Assembly (NCBI GenBank): GCA_028534125.1
Contig: CM052818.1
Location: 18,168,001 to 18,232,000 of the forward strand
Origin: Lama glama
Taxonomy: Eukaryota
Length of the DNA: 64,000 nt
Reading direction: 5' to 3'
The notes below the pieces were generated by a model. That model was not told the DNA's origin, ran no database searches, and saw only the letters and a list, made by a program, of their open reading frames with translations. Made by a program: the position numbers and the translations under genes. Shown piece by piece: positions 1 to 14,186 of the stretch (position 1 is its first letter; every line of letters starts with the position of its first letter).

Positions 1-1414
1 ACAAGCTCAGCCCCCAAAGATAGCTCCTCTTTGCACAGTTTATTTGATCACCTGGTTATCATCTAATGGCTAATCTTACCCACGGGCGGGCCCTCCATGA
101 ATGTTTGAAATCTCTCAAAGGGTCTGAGCTCCATGTACAGCACTTAAACATGAAACTTTGATTATTTAAGTGCCCTGAAATCTCAGTTAGTTGAACCTGT
201 GGGTTTCCCAAGGTAAAGAGCAATTCCACCTTCCATCCTTTCCCTTGCAGCAGGAAAGGGAGGGGTACAAAATTCCTGCTTATGAGCACTTGTCATTTCT
301 CCTGGGCGGTGACACCACTTTTGGGTAAGGGAAGCCCCTTACAAGTGGAAAGTTCTGGTGTCTGAGAGGTGTGCCCGAGTTTAGGAGATGTGTGAAGGGC
401 ATTTGGCAAGAAGGCATTTTAGTAAATTAAGAAACATCTCTGCACTGGTAGCTTTCACTCATCACAATTGAACAAACTCATTTTGAGGACCCCTTCTCCC
501 CCTCTACCTGCTTTCTGAATGTCCTTTCTATCATCTGGAGGTGAGAGAAGATGGCTTTGGCAGAGAGAAGACTTACACGTTAATATTTCCTGGAGCCTGA
601 GCGGAGGCAGACGGCTCCCGTTGCATTACAGAGATCTAAGGAAATGAGGTTGCTTCAAAGCAATAAAGGTTTCCTTTACAGTCTCCTCTTTTTTGTGCTA
701 GTTGTTTAAATCAAAATTTTTCCTAGCTTTTTGTAGTGATAAATAGGTGGAAAGAATGTTTATCTAATAAAGGGCCTGCTATTAAATAAGCAATCTGGTT
801 TTGGGAAAAGGTGCAACATCACTTTCTTCCACTGGCATCCAAAGCAGGATTTTAGGAGCCTTTTCTTTTCCTCCCCTCCTTAATCTCTGCCACTCCTTCA
901 GGGTTCAGTGTCCACATGCTGCTACAGGAATATGGTGGTGATCTCATCACCATAGTGACCATTCTCAATGGTCTCTCCTTCCTTAGCATGATCCTCTTTC
1001 TGAGGAATTTGTATAGAGAGAAGAATGCTTATCCAAGTCACAAAGGAGTTTGTCAGGTTTCAAGAATGAACCCTGTCCCCAGCTGAGTTCTGAAGTGGAC
1101 AAGTTTGCCTTTTGTGCTCCAGGCTCCAATGCCTGCAATAGTCCCTTTGTGATTCCCTGGCCAGCATGGCCCCGTACTTTGCTTCTCCTTTCAGCGCCCA
1201 AGAGAGTATTATTAGTACATATATAACATGCTAAGCAAAGATTAAGTCATTTCCAACGTTAGGAACAAAGGGAGTCTGTCATCCATTTATTTAAAGCACA
1301 GGAGAGGCTTCTTACCCCACCTACATGCTAATTAAGGTCTGAGAGGTGTGTACCTAGTCTGAGAGTCACTTTTCCCCCTAACTGTTCACTCTATGAATTA
1401 ATCATACTCATACA

Positions 1415-1640
1415 GTGTAGAGCAGCAGTTAACAGCCCCAGAATCAGATGCTTGGCTTCAAAGCCCGGTTCTGCTGCTTTCTAGCTGGGTGATCTTGGGC
1501 AAGTTGTTTTACTTCTACGTGCTTGAATTTTTTTACTCTACAACCAAACCTAGCTCTTAAATTTATTGTGAGATTAAATGAGTTAATGCATGAGAAGCAG
1601 TTTGAACAATGTTTATCTCACTGCAAGCACTCAATGAATG
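1415..1640 (+). mobile_element. MIR SINE
   Basis: Core CTAGCTGGGTGATCTTGGGCAAGTT and tail TTGTGAGATTAAATGAG. Confidence 0.8.
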
Positions 1641-1663
1641 TTGTTGTTGTTGTTGTTGTTGTT
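1639..1663. repeat. (GTT)8 microsatellite
   Basis: Read directly, at the MIR tail. Confidence 0.9.
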
Positions 1664-1899
1664 ATGTATTCATTTCCTAAACTACTTAAGAGTGCCACCC
1701 TTAGCTAATGTCTCTCTTACGGTATCTAACTTAGAAGATCTTACTCCCTCCATTACTAGGGATTCTTAAACTAGTCTGAGAAGTCTATGAAAGGAACTAA
1801 AGATGATCCTAAGAAGTTAATTAATGAAAACATTTTATAGAATTATAGAACTGAAAGGAAATTAGAGATAGTCTGACCTAATGGTTATCAGAGATGGAA

Positions 1900-2105
1900 A
1901 TATCAATCAGGGTTACAGAAGGCATGTGATATGCATTCTGTCACTCCTAACACACACAGGCACACACGCACACACACAAAACCCAACCTTCCCACCTACA
2001 TCCTATCCAACATCTACTAAATCTCAACCATAAATTCTGATAAGGTTCAGTAAGAGACCCAGCTATGTGTAATTTGCAAAGGGCTATCAGATGATCTGAT
2101 GTCTC
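1900..2105. mobile_element. MER5-like hAT fragment with internal CA repeat
   Basis: AAATTCTGAT..GGTTC...GACCCAG...TGTAATTTGCAAAG...AGATGATCTGATG. Confidence 0.45.
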
Positions 2106-2934
2106 TCTACTTATCACTTGCCCACCGAAGTCTACATATCCTAACACTCTCAGCTTACGGAGAAGAACAAGGCCAGGAGAGGAGACATGGCTCTGCCAAA
2201 GACACGTTACTAACTGCTGTGGAGCAGTGCTTCTCTGGCTCTTGTCCCCACCCTGCCAGTTTTAGGGTCTCCAACTTCTTATAACATATGCTTGCCCTCA
2301 CATAAAATAATTTCTGGAAGTCCTTAGGGAATATCCCACATATGCTCCAGTCAAACTGCCCTTTCAGCCACTGCATGGCTTCTCAGTCTTCTCACTGCCT
2401 CGGCCACTCTTTGTATCACTAAGTCACGCTCCAAGCACTGCTGGGTCCACGGTGACTCCAGCTACTATGCTATCTTTCAGTTCCCACAGCTGCTTCTTTT
2501 GAGCATTCTTGCTGGCACTCCTAATGGTGCTGCCATCTCCCAACCAGCAACACTGCCTCCTGGGCACTGTACCCGCACTGATGCCCTGGGATCTATAAGG
2601 TGCCAAATGTATGTGCTACATAGTACGTCCTGTACACAGAAAAGCCAGGTAATGCAACGTGTATTGCACCCTATTCCCAAATTGCAGAACAACTCTTTCT
2701 TTTAATTTCTTACTTATGGTTCCTGTTTCCCTCCCGTGAGTCTCTTGCTGGCATTACACCTAAAACTAAGTAGACGAACAGGACAAAAACATACTAACAA
2801 ATTCAGACAGCTAAGACTTTTGTTTCTACTTTAATTTGCCTTTCTGATTCTCTCTCCCATTAGGACAGGGCCTCTGAAACTGAATTCATAAATAAAACAC
2901 AATAAGAAAAATTAGAATCAACATTTTTTGAAAA

Positions 2935-3165
2935 CGTCCTATGTAGGGCATAGAGCTAACCAATTTGCCAACATTAACATACTTCATATTCATAACCATT
3001 CCATGACAAAGGTAATATTATGAACCCCCATTTATAGATGAAACCGAAAGATGTTTGTTTAGTCACCTGCTCAAAGGTTCACAACTGGTACTAGGCAGAG
3101 GAGATATTCTAGCCAAGTGTGGCCTCTCCAGAATCCAAGGTCCTAACCACTGTACTTTACTGCCT
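2935..3165 (-). mobile_element. MIR SINE
   Basis: CCCCATTTATAGATGAAACCGA...CACCTGCTCAAAGGTTCACAACTGGTA. Confidence 0.7.
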
Positions 3166-4044
3166 ATGGCTAGGCTGAGCTGACTGAAGCAATAAGATCA
3201 CATGTGTCTCATTTTCCTACCTTCTAGAACAAAGGTCTTTCTGAAGTTCTGGGTGACTGGAGACCCTATGAAATCAGGGGTTGAAGAGATGGAAATGAAA
3301 GAACCCAATCCATGGGAGTGGAAGAAGACAGGAAGCCCAGCTGGTGGAAGCCCCCTTTCTGGGCGCTCACGACATGGGCGTCCCTCCCCACCCGTGCCTG
3401 CTCAGACAGCCCCGCGGAGTGACTTAGCATGCTGCAGCTGAGCAGATTTCCATCTCTGATAAAACTTTGCCTGAGAGGTATTTGCTGCTGATTGTCAACA
3501 ATCAAATGAATTATAGATGATGTTGGTAAACAAAATGCTGCCTTGATGAATGATGAGTTGGCTCTACTCTGACATGACTGCTAAGTCATTCAAAGCGCTG
3601 ATTAAACCCATTACTGTAAAATAATCACCATCCATTACCTTTAATGTCGTGAACTGACAACCTAGTTAAGGCAGCTGATGGTGTCAGCAAAGTGATTTGT
3701 TGTACTGCATGTCCATCGACAATAAATCACTTCGATAGATCAATGAACAGTAGCAATAAAACAATATATTTTCATATTTCTTGACATTCAATTACAGAGT
3801 GTGTATACTGCCTTATTTTTAAACACAAACACCGATATGGAAGGATTCAACATTCACCAGCAACAAACACGGGATTCATTCTATTTCAGCCTGGACTGGA
3901 GGAGGCTTGTATAACTGCGTGTGTGTGCGTGTGTGCCTTCTTCAGTTACTTAGCTGGATGCTGCTGCCACAATAACACATTACACAATCATAATGATGAT
4001 ACTAAAGATGTTCTTTGTCTTGAACTTAGACAAAGGAAGGCAAT

Positions 4045-4240
4045 AACATACAGAGCAAAGAGCAGTGGACCAGGAATCAGGATGCCTGAGAACTCCATTT
4101 TTAAACCAGCTGTTTGACCTTACACAAGTCACTTAACCTTTCTGGGATTTAGTTTCTTCACGTCCCAAGTGGGGATAATACCTGTCTACTTCAGAGAGTG
4201 ATAACAAGCAAATGATGAGACAACATATATGTGAATCCTT
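4045..4240 (+). mobile_element. MIR SINE
   Basis: CCAGCTGTTTGACCTT..CAAGTCACTTAACCTTTCTG...AGTTTCTTCA. Confidence 0.7.
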
Positions 4241-4966
4241 TTCAAAATCTAACACCTTCAGAATTTAGTTTTCATTTCCCTTATTCTGAATCCACTATTA
4301 GCTTTAAAACTCTCTCATCTTGTATGTCGAGGGCTCTTTCCAGGTCTAGAGGTATTACATGCAATTAAGTCTTAGCTAACTCAATTTTTAATACAGTAAT
4401 AGGCTATGTACTGAATCTTTCCTTATTCACTGACATGTTATCTAGCACTAAATATTATACTAAGCAATGTCCTAGGTCTTGAGAGGACAAAAGTGAAACG
4501 AAGTTCACCATTTAATGATATGGAAATAGAAAAGAAACAGGAAACTAACAGAATTTCCATTTAAAAATCATTACCTCAAGGTTAGTTTCCCAAATGCCCA
4601 AATCATATTTTCTTTTAGCCATTATGGTAGAAATTTTGAAAATTATACTGCACACTTATGAGTCTTCAACTCAGTTTCACAAATATTTTTCCAGAAAATT
4701 TTAGATATAAAAGGCCATGAAGGCTAGACATATATGTATCGTTAAGACCCTCAGAAGGGCCTGCTGTTCTCGTTGAGAGGAAAAATAAGTAAACCAATAA
4801 CCATGAGATGAGACAGAATTTGTGAAGAACAATCATAATGGTAACTACCGAGTTTCTTTATGATTAAAAGAAAGATAGATTATATCTGATTGGGCAAATA
4901 GAAGCACTAAGGCAGGGTTGGCATTTGGGATCGTTCTAGAAGGATGAATAAAATTTAAATAGAGAT

Positions 4967-5246
4967 GGGAAGGGATAAATTGGGAGTTGGGGATTTGTAG
5001 ATACACACTACTATATATAAAATAGATAAACAGCAAGATCTTACTGTACACTGTACAGCACATGGAAATATATTCAATACCTTGCAATAGCCTATAATGA
5101 AAAAGAATATGAAAAGGAATGTATATACACGTGTGTGTGTGTGTATAACTGAATCACTATGCTGTACACCAGAAGTTAACACAACATTGTAAACCCGCTA
5201 TACTTCATTATAAATACATATATACATAAATAAATGAATGAATAAA
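4967..5246 (+). mobile_element. 5'-truncated cetartiodactyl/camelid L1 3' UTR
   Basis: GGGATAAATTGGGAGTT...ACTATATATAAAATAGATAAAC...GCTGTACACCAGAA...TATACTTCA plus A-rich tail. Homologous to 19449, 50474 and 53855. Confidence 0.85.
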
Positions 5247-5477
5247 GTGATAAAGGGATGGGGAAATTAATCACTCAAGGAAGGATGTCCCCAGTGGAGA
5301 GATAAACAAAGGCAAAGGTAAGGATATGGGAAAAGCACAAAGGATAAGTATATGGGTGAAGGAAGTGGTGAGCTCGCTCACTTTGGCTGACGTATTAATT
5401 TAGACAGGCTAGACTAGTGTGTGTAGCAAAAAATTAACTCCGGAATCCCAGAAGCTCTATGTAACAGCACACCAACA

Positions 5478-5770
5478 CATCAAAGGTTTATTTCTAACTC
5501 ATACTGCATATCCATCAGAGGTCAGTCGGGACTCAGATCCCACCATTTTGTAGCTGCTTGATCTGAAATGTGCAGCTTCCCCTGTTGCTTCAAGAGAATA
5601 AGGAAGCATGGAGAACTCATACCTGTTCTTCTGTATTCTAGCACAGAAGTGACACGTCTTTTCTGCTAACAGCTAATTAACCAGATCTAGCCAAATGTCT
5701 TGCCTAACTGCAAAGAGCTGGGAAAAGTAGAGGAAAGTCCATTGTTTGGTGAGCATTATTATCCCTGTCA
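5478..5770 (-). mobile_element. Old MaLR LTR fragment (MLT1J/K-like)
   Basis: AAAGGTTTATTTCT...CAGAAGTGACACGTC...CCTAACTGCAAAGAGCTGGGAAA. Confidence 0.55.
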
Positions 5771-6949
5771 TGGCTGGACTACAGAACATGTACAATTGGG
5801 AGTAGAATGTAAGATGGGAAATGTCCATCGCCTTTAACCATGAAAATCAGGATAACGAATTTACACTTACACTTACCTTGATAGGAACTGGGATGACCAC
5901 TGAAGGGGCATGATCAGGAGAGTGACCTAATGGGGTGTGGTTAAATCCAGCTGTTCTCCTGAAGGTAGTCTCCTGGATAGGGAGAGAATTAAACCCTAGA
6001 TTGGTGCCATGGCTATGACAATGGAAAGAAGAGAACGTATGTAAGGAAATTTTTAATCTATTCCATTTGGCCATTAAGTGAACATGAGACCTGAGGAGTA
6101 GGAAGAGAAAGAGGGAGAGAGCCAGTGACTTGGAAAACGGTGGTGCAGTGGTACAGGTGGTCCAGAGGAGAGGCCACTTTGGAGACCCTGTATCTGGGAG
6201 ATAAAGGTTATTATGATGAAAATCAGAGTGTTGAAGCACAACTGCACTAGAAGCCAGGGGAATGAACTGGTCTGGTGTGCTTTGAAATCCATTCAAAAAT
6301 TGTCTAGGATTTCTGGTAGGCTACTCTTCCATTTCTTCACCACTGTTAAGAGCCACACAAATCATCAGTAAAAGACACCTGTGCCTTATACAACAGCAAA
6401 CATGGTAGTTCTCAAAAAAATCAACACATCTCACCATTTGTAAATAATTACTATTCACAGTTATAAATACAACTCAAGTTTTTATTAATAGCATCATGGA
6501 ATCAAGGTGCCTGCGTTCTGCCTCTCATACTAACTAGGTGTCGGGCCTCAGGGAAATTCTTTCATTTCTCTCTATTTCAGTTTCCCCATGGAGTATGTGT
6601 CGTTTGACAAAAACCCATCTTCTCTTGTGTAGTCTTTGCTGGTCACTCCACCTAAATTTCAAATGTCCCCCTCCTTCCAGAACTGCATATGCTTAATTAT
6701 TTTCTCTTTATCCTTTAATATGCTGCACATTTTCCTTTTTTAGTCTTATTTATAGTCTGTCTTCCCCACTAGAATATAAGCTCCATGACAACGAAGGTAT
6801 TTGTCTATTTCAAACACTCAGTACATAGAGGGCCCTCTATAAATGTTAATAATAAAAAGGACATTATTACCATAGAAGAACTTGTAATTGGACTTGGCAA
6901 CATATTGAGTTGTTGTACTAGGCTTTTTGAACTCAAATAAAGCATATTT

Positions 6950-8050
6950 CCCCGACTTTTATTATATTTTTACATCATCTTTTGTAATATATGCATAACA
7001 TTCCACTATACATGTCCTTTAAATTGGCATTGCCAATACCTATATCTTTGATATTTGGACCATCTTCTTACTGTGGACCATGAAATATTAAATATCATTG
7101 CACATATAATTCTGCATTCTTCTCACCTCACTGTATTCCTAAAAGAAGAATTCTTGGGCAAAAGCATATGAACACTTTAACAACTTTTGCAATTAAATTG
7201 TTTTTTGCCAAATTGTCTTCCAGAAAGACATTATCAAATTATATTCCTCTTAAAGAGAGAAAGCCTCACAGTGATGAGTAAGACTATGGCCTCTGAGGTT
7301 GACTCCAGGTTCACGTCTTAGCTTAATGACCTCTGGTTGAAGGCATTAGGCAACTTCCTGAACCCCTCTAGGTCTTCCTTAATTTCCATATCTGAGAAAA
7401 GATAAAATACTGTGATTTATCTTCTAGAGCTGTTCTGAAGATGAAATGTGAAAGTCTATGCAAAAATGTAAAATGGGATCTGACACATATGTATTAAGTT
7501 AAATATAACCATTGTTATTTCAGTGTATGGAATGATTTTTCTCCAGACCCTTGTCAACATTGAGTATTTTTATTTTACAATCTCAATGGGTTCTTTTTTT
7601 TTTTTTTTTTGGTAATTACATTTATTTGATCCCTAGTGGTGATTAATATTCTTTCTTACGGTTATTATTTCATTTTTTCCATTGGGATTGTCAACTCTTA
7701 CTGACCTATAAGATTTCCTTAAATACTCAGGAAATTAATCCTTCACCTGTCAAATGTATTGTACTTTTCCAGACTGTGATTTGCCTTTTAATTTGGGTCT
7801 ATGGGTTTGTTTGCTTTATCAAATTTAAAGTTGTTAACGTTACCGAATCTATCAATATTTTCCCTTATGAGTTTTGTTTTGGAGAATATGCCTAGGCAAT
7901 TCTCCCTTACCAAGTATAATTATTCACTTATTTCTTCTAGTTCTCTCAAGCTTCTGTTTGTGTTTAAAATCTCAGTCCATCTGGCATTTATTTTGGTTTA
8001 AGTCATGTGGCAAGCATCTGGATTTTTTCACATGCTAATTCATTTGATTG
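6950..8050 (-). mobile_element. Old L1ME-type fragments interrupted by a MIR (about 7265-7510)
   Basis: T-rich. TTGCCAAATTGTCTTCCAGAAAG and CCAGACCCTTGTCAACATTGAGTATT motifs. Confidence 0.6.
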
Positions 8051-11000
8051 TGTTGCCTGTTCATAACTTCTATGCTTTTTTCTTTTTAACTGATGACCTA
8101 AAACAGAACCAAAGGTACCAGGAACACAAAGTTAACAAGATTAATGAAATCCAGATTCTTTTATGCAACAGTCTAATTTATGAACTCTGACCTGACTTCT
8201 GTAACTTGTTAATAAAGTTCAATAAAGCCAATGGGCTTTGTTACAACTGTTTTTCTGACTGTGTTCCCTTTCTTCCTTCTGCCAAGCCTGGTCTTCAGGC
8301 TGACGTTGCTACACAGGTATCACAGCCCCTGTGCGCGTTACCTTTGCAAAAATGGGCGTTGGCACTTCACGTAGGGATGCTGAGATCTCCGGAGAAAGCT
8401 GCAGAGACAGTTCCTACATCTATATGAGACCACCCCGTTGACATATTCAAATCAGAGTACTTTGAAAATTCACTTCTGCCTCCTAAGTCTTTCCCGTGAT
8501 CTCAAATGGTAAAGGATGACCATTCCCCCCATAACTACTGGAAGTCAAAATTTGACGTTTCAAAATATAATGGATCTTAATTATTTTTATCTTCCAGCCT
8601 ATAAAGTCAAATCTTCCCAAAGATTCCTCCAAACTTATTGATGCTAACAATTCAGGTGAAATAAAATAAGAAGGCCTACTTAAAGCCTATTTCAGGTTCT
8701 GTGGTTCTTTGTGCTTGGTAGGAATCAGCTTTATTCCTATGACTAGGATCTTGAGGGAACAGGTTGCAGTGCAGAGTTTGATAACTGAGAGCAGTCACTG
8801 CATTGATCTAATGGCCTCCGGTCCAGTCCCCAACCCCTAAGCCTCTGAGTTAGACTCTTGATTGTCTTCTGTTAGCTCATAAAAGCAAGCTCTGGCAACC
8901 AACTGGTCTTGGAAGCAAAGGTTCAGGGACCTCTTTTCTAAGCTCTCTCTAGAGATTCTGCTCGTTTTTGACCTCTTCTCTTTGATTTTGAACTCTTGAC
9001 TCTCTAACTTGACTTTGACACCCGATTCTGGCCCCATATCAGATTTGGTCCTTCTATTTTCATCTGTTCTTTTACATTTGAAGTGTTCTCACCATTTTCA
9101 GATTAGTCTTGTTCATCTAAGGTCTCTTGCCTTTCAAGAAGATGCAGACATTCATAAATTACATGGCTTATTATTTGGTATGGGTATTAAATGCATGATG
9201 CCTTTTTGGTGAGAAACTTTGCCATATCTGCTTACATATGTAGGAGCTATGAACAAGGTTTATAAATTACACTTTATTTAACATAGCCACCTCTACTTTC
9301 ATCATCTTTATTCCCTCCCCTAAGCTTTTATTCATTATATTCCCCTCTCCTGAAATATCTAACGTTTTCCTATTTTCTATTTTCAAATCCTAACTATCCT
9401 TTCAGGCCCTCCTCAAATCCTGAGTCTTCCATGAAGACTCTTTAAACTGCTCTGTTCTATTTTCTTATCTTTTTAGGACTTCAACTTTTACTGACCTTTA
9501 AATGTGTACTTAACAATTTATAAGTACACATTTTCTTGGCCAAGGGCATAATATCTGGGTCTTGTTTCTTCAGCTAGATTATGATCCCCTTAAGGAAAGG
9601 GACCGGAATGTTCTAATTCCCACAATGGCTGGCAGAGCGTTAAGTGCACTGTTAAGTGCTCCATAGGTGTCAACTGGTGGACCAGCAGCTCCGTTCCCAC
9701 TGCACTGTGGCCTAATGGAAAAATAGGGTTTGTCTATTCTGATTAGAATTAGTTCGAGGAGGTAATATTTCCCCTGTGCTATTTTTGTTCATCTTCCATA
9801 AAACACATACTTTTTCTTTACCGTATTGTAGCCTCCCTCACAATTTTATAGATGACCATGGTTGGTAAAAGTCTATTTTTATGAGAAATATTTACTAGTT
9901 AGATTTTAACATAAGGCCTTAAACTCATCATTTGGAACTTTGTAATTTTCCAAGTACTTTAACAATCAATCCTGCAAATTAGATAAGGGAACCATGTTCT
10001 TCATCCTCAATATGTTAATGAGAAAATGGAGACATGAAACTTTCAAGTGGCTTCCCCAAGTTTGTATATTTAGCAACTAGCATAGGGAAGACTAAAACAC
10101 AGTTCATCTGGCTTAGAGCCAGTGGTCCCCAGAATGAGACCAGTACTTACTCCACTGAGCCCCACTGCCCCTCAGTTACCCTAAAGCCAGATTCCAATTA
10201 AAATCCACTCCATTTGAAAATGCATATAAACTTTAAACAGCAGCAATGAATCAAATCCTATTAACCGTTCCTCTTCGGTGCTTTATTGAAAAAGAATTCT
10301 AGAGTCCAAGGGTATTATTATTTCTCCATCTATTTTACCCCCTATTCTTTCTCCTTCAGAACCAACTATTCCCTTAATTGAGTCAGTCTTTAAACTAGAA
10401 AACACTTTCATTTTTCTGTCAGAGGTATTTCAGTTCCCTTTTACTGAACTGGATATGAGGATTGTGTCTGAAATTAGTTAGGGCGACACAGTGGCGATTG
10501 TACCATGGCCACTTGCAAAACGCAATTAAGCCCTGGGAAGGTGGCCAAGAGCCCTGGCAGGCAGAGACTCGAAAGCAGAGGAGGGATTATACTGGAGCCA
10601 TATTAGCACCATCTAATTGCTGTTTTAACTTTCTCCTTTCAGCCATACTGGTTGTCCTGGCTGGGACTTGATGCTCCCGACACAAGAGCAAGAGCCAAAG
10701 GGAATTTATCATCAGACTGAATTTGTTTTGTTTGAATTGGTCTGAGATCTGGCCACGAGAAATTGTTTCCTTTACACCTCTGATGTTGTTCCTGATGTTC
10801 CAGCTGCTTGTAGGTTGTTATGCTGCTGATTCAGCCCTGGCTCTGGCTCTGGGAAATGATAGCCAGTCAATCTTTGAATGTCTACTCCCAAGCCAATTGT
10901 TAATTGGTTGGTATGCATTCTGGAGACTGAAGCATTAGGAAAAAAGTACTTAGATATTATACTAAGAGAGAAAGAAGCATTTAAATTCCTTTTAGTGGTA

Positions 11001-11959
11001 AAGGAGATTTAAAATAGATATAAACAGGATACAAAATGCAGTGGTTATTTTCAGAAAGAAAATCTCCTTTTTCCCAAATATCTTCTCCACTTTTACCTGC
11101 AATTCTGTATTAGTTATAGTAGAAAATATCATTCACTTCAGATGCTGTTTAAAAACAAATTCCCTTGAAATGGGGAGCACGTTAGCTCCAACACGTGAAT
11201 GTGGATGAACAGGAGAGCCTCTGTCAGCTTGGATGAGGTAAATATACAAAGAAGAAATTGAGGTAAATCTTATTTTAGAGCTTCAGCTTTTTTTTCAGGC
11301 TGGAATGTGTTAATATATAGCATCTTGAGAGTTAAATACATTTTGTAAAGCCAGCACTCCTCAATAACTATTGTCTTACTAAGTTCACCAAATATGTGAA
11401 AACATTCCTCAATTTCAGTGAGTCAGAATGGAAGGGGGCACTGGACTGAGATTCAAGCAACCACTGATTCAGTTCCAACCCAAACTCACTTGTAATGAAA
11501 ACTTAGACAAGTAGGCCAGGCACTTGGATGCCATCTCTCCATCACCTAGAAAACAGATGGGCTCATCTCAATTGCAGGAGTCTAGGTGGACCCTGCCCTG
11601 CTATATGACCATGTCTCCACTCATAGCACTCCAACAAGATTGAAGAGTTTCACAAAGATGATGTTTGGTCATCACACAACTAGCCTCAGTGAGGGCTTAC
11701 TGAGGAACCTCTGTGGGAATTTCTCCTAGGTTGGTTTTCTGTATTAGTACAATGGGAAACTGTCTACCTATTGAATTTTGAAAATGCTGCAGGTAGCAGT
11801 GCCTGAAATCTCACCACCAGAGCTTTTTCCTTTGGATTAACCATTTCTCTCTGTCTTTCCTTAAAATAAAAAGACTCATAATATGGATCAAAACAATCAG
11901 TCCTCAACTCCCTCTCCCCAGCCCTTGACAGCTGAATGTCTTGCACACCACCATTATGG

Positions 11960-12419
11960 CAAGAGGCCATTATTCAATGGCCTCCCAAAGATGTTCACGT
12001 CCTAATCCCAAGAACATCAATATGTTACCTTATCTGTCAAAAGGGACTTTGCAGATGTGATTAAGTGGAAGGTCTTGAGATAGGATTATTTTCAATTATC
12101 CAGATGGGCACAATGTAATCACAAGGGTCCTTTTAACAGAGAGGCACAAGAGTCAGGGAAAGAGTTTGGAAGATTCTACATTGCTGACTTTGAAGCTGTA
12201 GGGTATAATCATAAACCAAACAATGCAGGCAGCCTATGAAAACTAGAAAAGACAAGAAAACAGATTCTTTCCTAGAGACTGTGGGAAAAAAAAATGCAGA
12301 CTTGCCAAAACCTTGATTTAAGGACTTGTGACCTCCAGAACTGTAAGATTATAAATTTGTGCTGTTTAAAGCCACTAAATTTGGGCAATTAGTTATAGCA
12401 GCAAGAGGAAACTACTGCA
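11960..12419 (+). mobile_element. MaLR LTR (MLT1D-like)
   Basis: AATGGCCTCCCAAAGATGTTCACGTCCTAATCCC...GGGACTTTGCAGATGTGATTAAG...AAGCCACTAAATTTG...ATAGCAGCAAGAGGAAACTA. Confidence 0.85.
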
Positions 12420-12589
12420 GTGATCCAATTTATACTCTTTAATATGGATCTGTGTTGTTTGTGTCGCATTCCTTACATTATTTCCAATCAGGATGACTTC
12501 ATTCAAATTACTCACAGTAGCTCATTATCCCATAACCAGCCATGTCTGGTGGGGCAAGTGGTACTCCTAACATGGGAGATTATGACAAG

Positions 12590-13070
12590 GTAAAATCCCT
12601 GGCTCCAGGGACAGACAGCCCTGGGTTTGAACCCCTTCTCTGAAATCAAGTTCTGTGACCTTGAACAGATACCCTATCACTCTGAGGCTAGCTTCTCTTC
12701 TGTACTAATGTTATACTAATTTTACTAGGTCAATGAGAGCATTAAATAAGATAGTTTAGATAAGAGAAACATAACAGAAGCCCTGGGACAATTCAATGAA
12801 GTGTTTAGCAAAGACTTTATAGAGGAAGCACGATCCAGGTTGGGCTCTGACAGTTTAGGTAGACTTGGCAGAGCCTTCCAGAAGTGAAGGTATCATGCTG
12901 GGGACTACAAACTTTGGGGTAGAGACTTCGGTTTGCCATTTATTAGCCAAGTCATTTGAGGCAAGTTATCTCACTTCTCTACCCATGATTGCTTCAGCTA
13001 AAATTTGTGTAACAATACCGACCTCAGAGGATCACTGCAAGAATGAAATGGATGATGTGTATGAAGCCTG
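12590..13070 (+). mobile_element. Two adjacent MIR fragments
   Basis: CTGGGTTTGAACCC...TGTGACCTTGAACA and GGCAAGTTATCTCACTTCTCT...GAAATGGATGATGTGTATGAAGC. Confidence 0.6.
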
Positions 13071-13809
13071 AGGAAAAGCTCAGCTCAGAATGCAATCACT
13101 GGGTTAGGAAGGCAGCAGGGACATATCTGCAGGACATGTTTTTGAAACAGATAAACTGGTGGACAGTCTTCAGGGGAGTCAGCAGACTGAAGGAGAAGAG
13201 CTCACAAAACTAGAGGGTAGGGAGTCCTGAGTTCCTGGCTAGGGTTCCCTGGACCAAAGGACTAAATGGGATTTTATAAGAGAAATTATCAAACATAAGC
13301 CACAGAGGGTTTTATGTAACACTATAAATTGCTATCAACTTGCCCATAATGCAAATGACAGAGGAGTTCATAGACAGGCATTCTTGTGTAATTCATAGAC
13401 CAATGTTTTCAAAGTTTCTTGGCATGAATTACATGTATCCTTCTTACCATGTATTACAATGTAGTCCATCGTAAAAAGTGATGTGTTAATGCAGAATCCC
13501 AGTATATAAATCACAGAATGACTTTTAAATATAAATCTATATTATATTTCAAATTTAAATCTATTCATCAGATATGTGCTGAGTATCTATCACTTAAACA
13601 ACTAGAGGGAAAGTAATGAGCAAAGGACTCAACTACTGTGTTTATGGAGCCTAGTCTCATGGCAGAGATAGAGATGAATTAAATAATTATAGATATACAT
13701 ATTCATATACTATCTAATCACATAATAAATATGCATATTGTATATATGTTATCAAAAGTAAGTATAAAAGCCTGTGATAACATATACGCCAAAAGGGCCT
13801 AAAACAGTC

Positions 13810-14186
13810 TCTTATGGACTGAATTGTGTCCCACCAAATTTTGATATTGAAGAGTTAACCCCCAATGTTCTGGTATCTGGAGGTGAGGCCCATGGGAGGG
13901 AATCAGGTTCAGATGGGGTTATGAGCTGGGGCCCTCATGTGGGATTAGTGTCCTTATAAGAAGAGATACCAGAGAAGTTGCTCTCTCTCTCTCTCTCTCT
14001 GCTTTGTGGGCCACAGTGAGGAAGTGGCCATCTGCAAGCCAGGAAGAGATGTCTCGCCAGAAACCAATCATGGTGGTACTCTGATCTTGGACTTCTAAGC
14101 ACCCAAAATTGTGAAAAACTAAATGTCTGTTGTTTAACCCACCCAGTCTGTGGCATTTTATTACAGCATCCCAAGATGACTAACAC
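13810..14186 (+). mobile_element. MaLR LTR (MLT1A/B-like)
   Basis: TATGGACTGAATTGTGTCCC...GGGATTAGTGTCCTTATAAGAAGAG...CCCAGTCTGTGGCATTTT...GACTAACACA. Confidence 0.85.

Noticed and set aside
12656..12664. Perfect NR5A site TGACCTTGA
   Set aside because: Lies in the MIR core, which carries this motif by descent.
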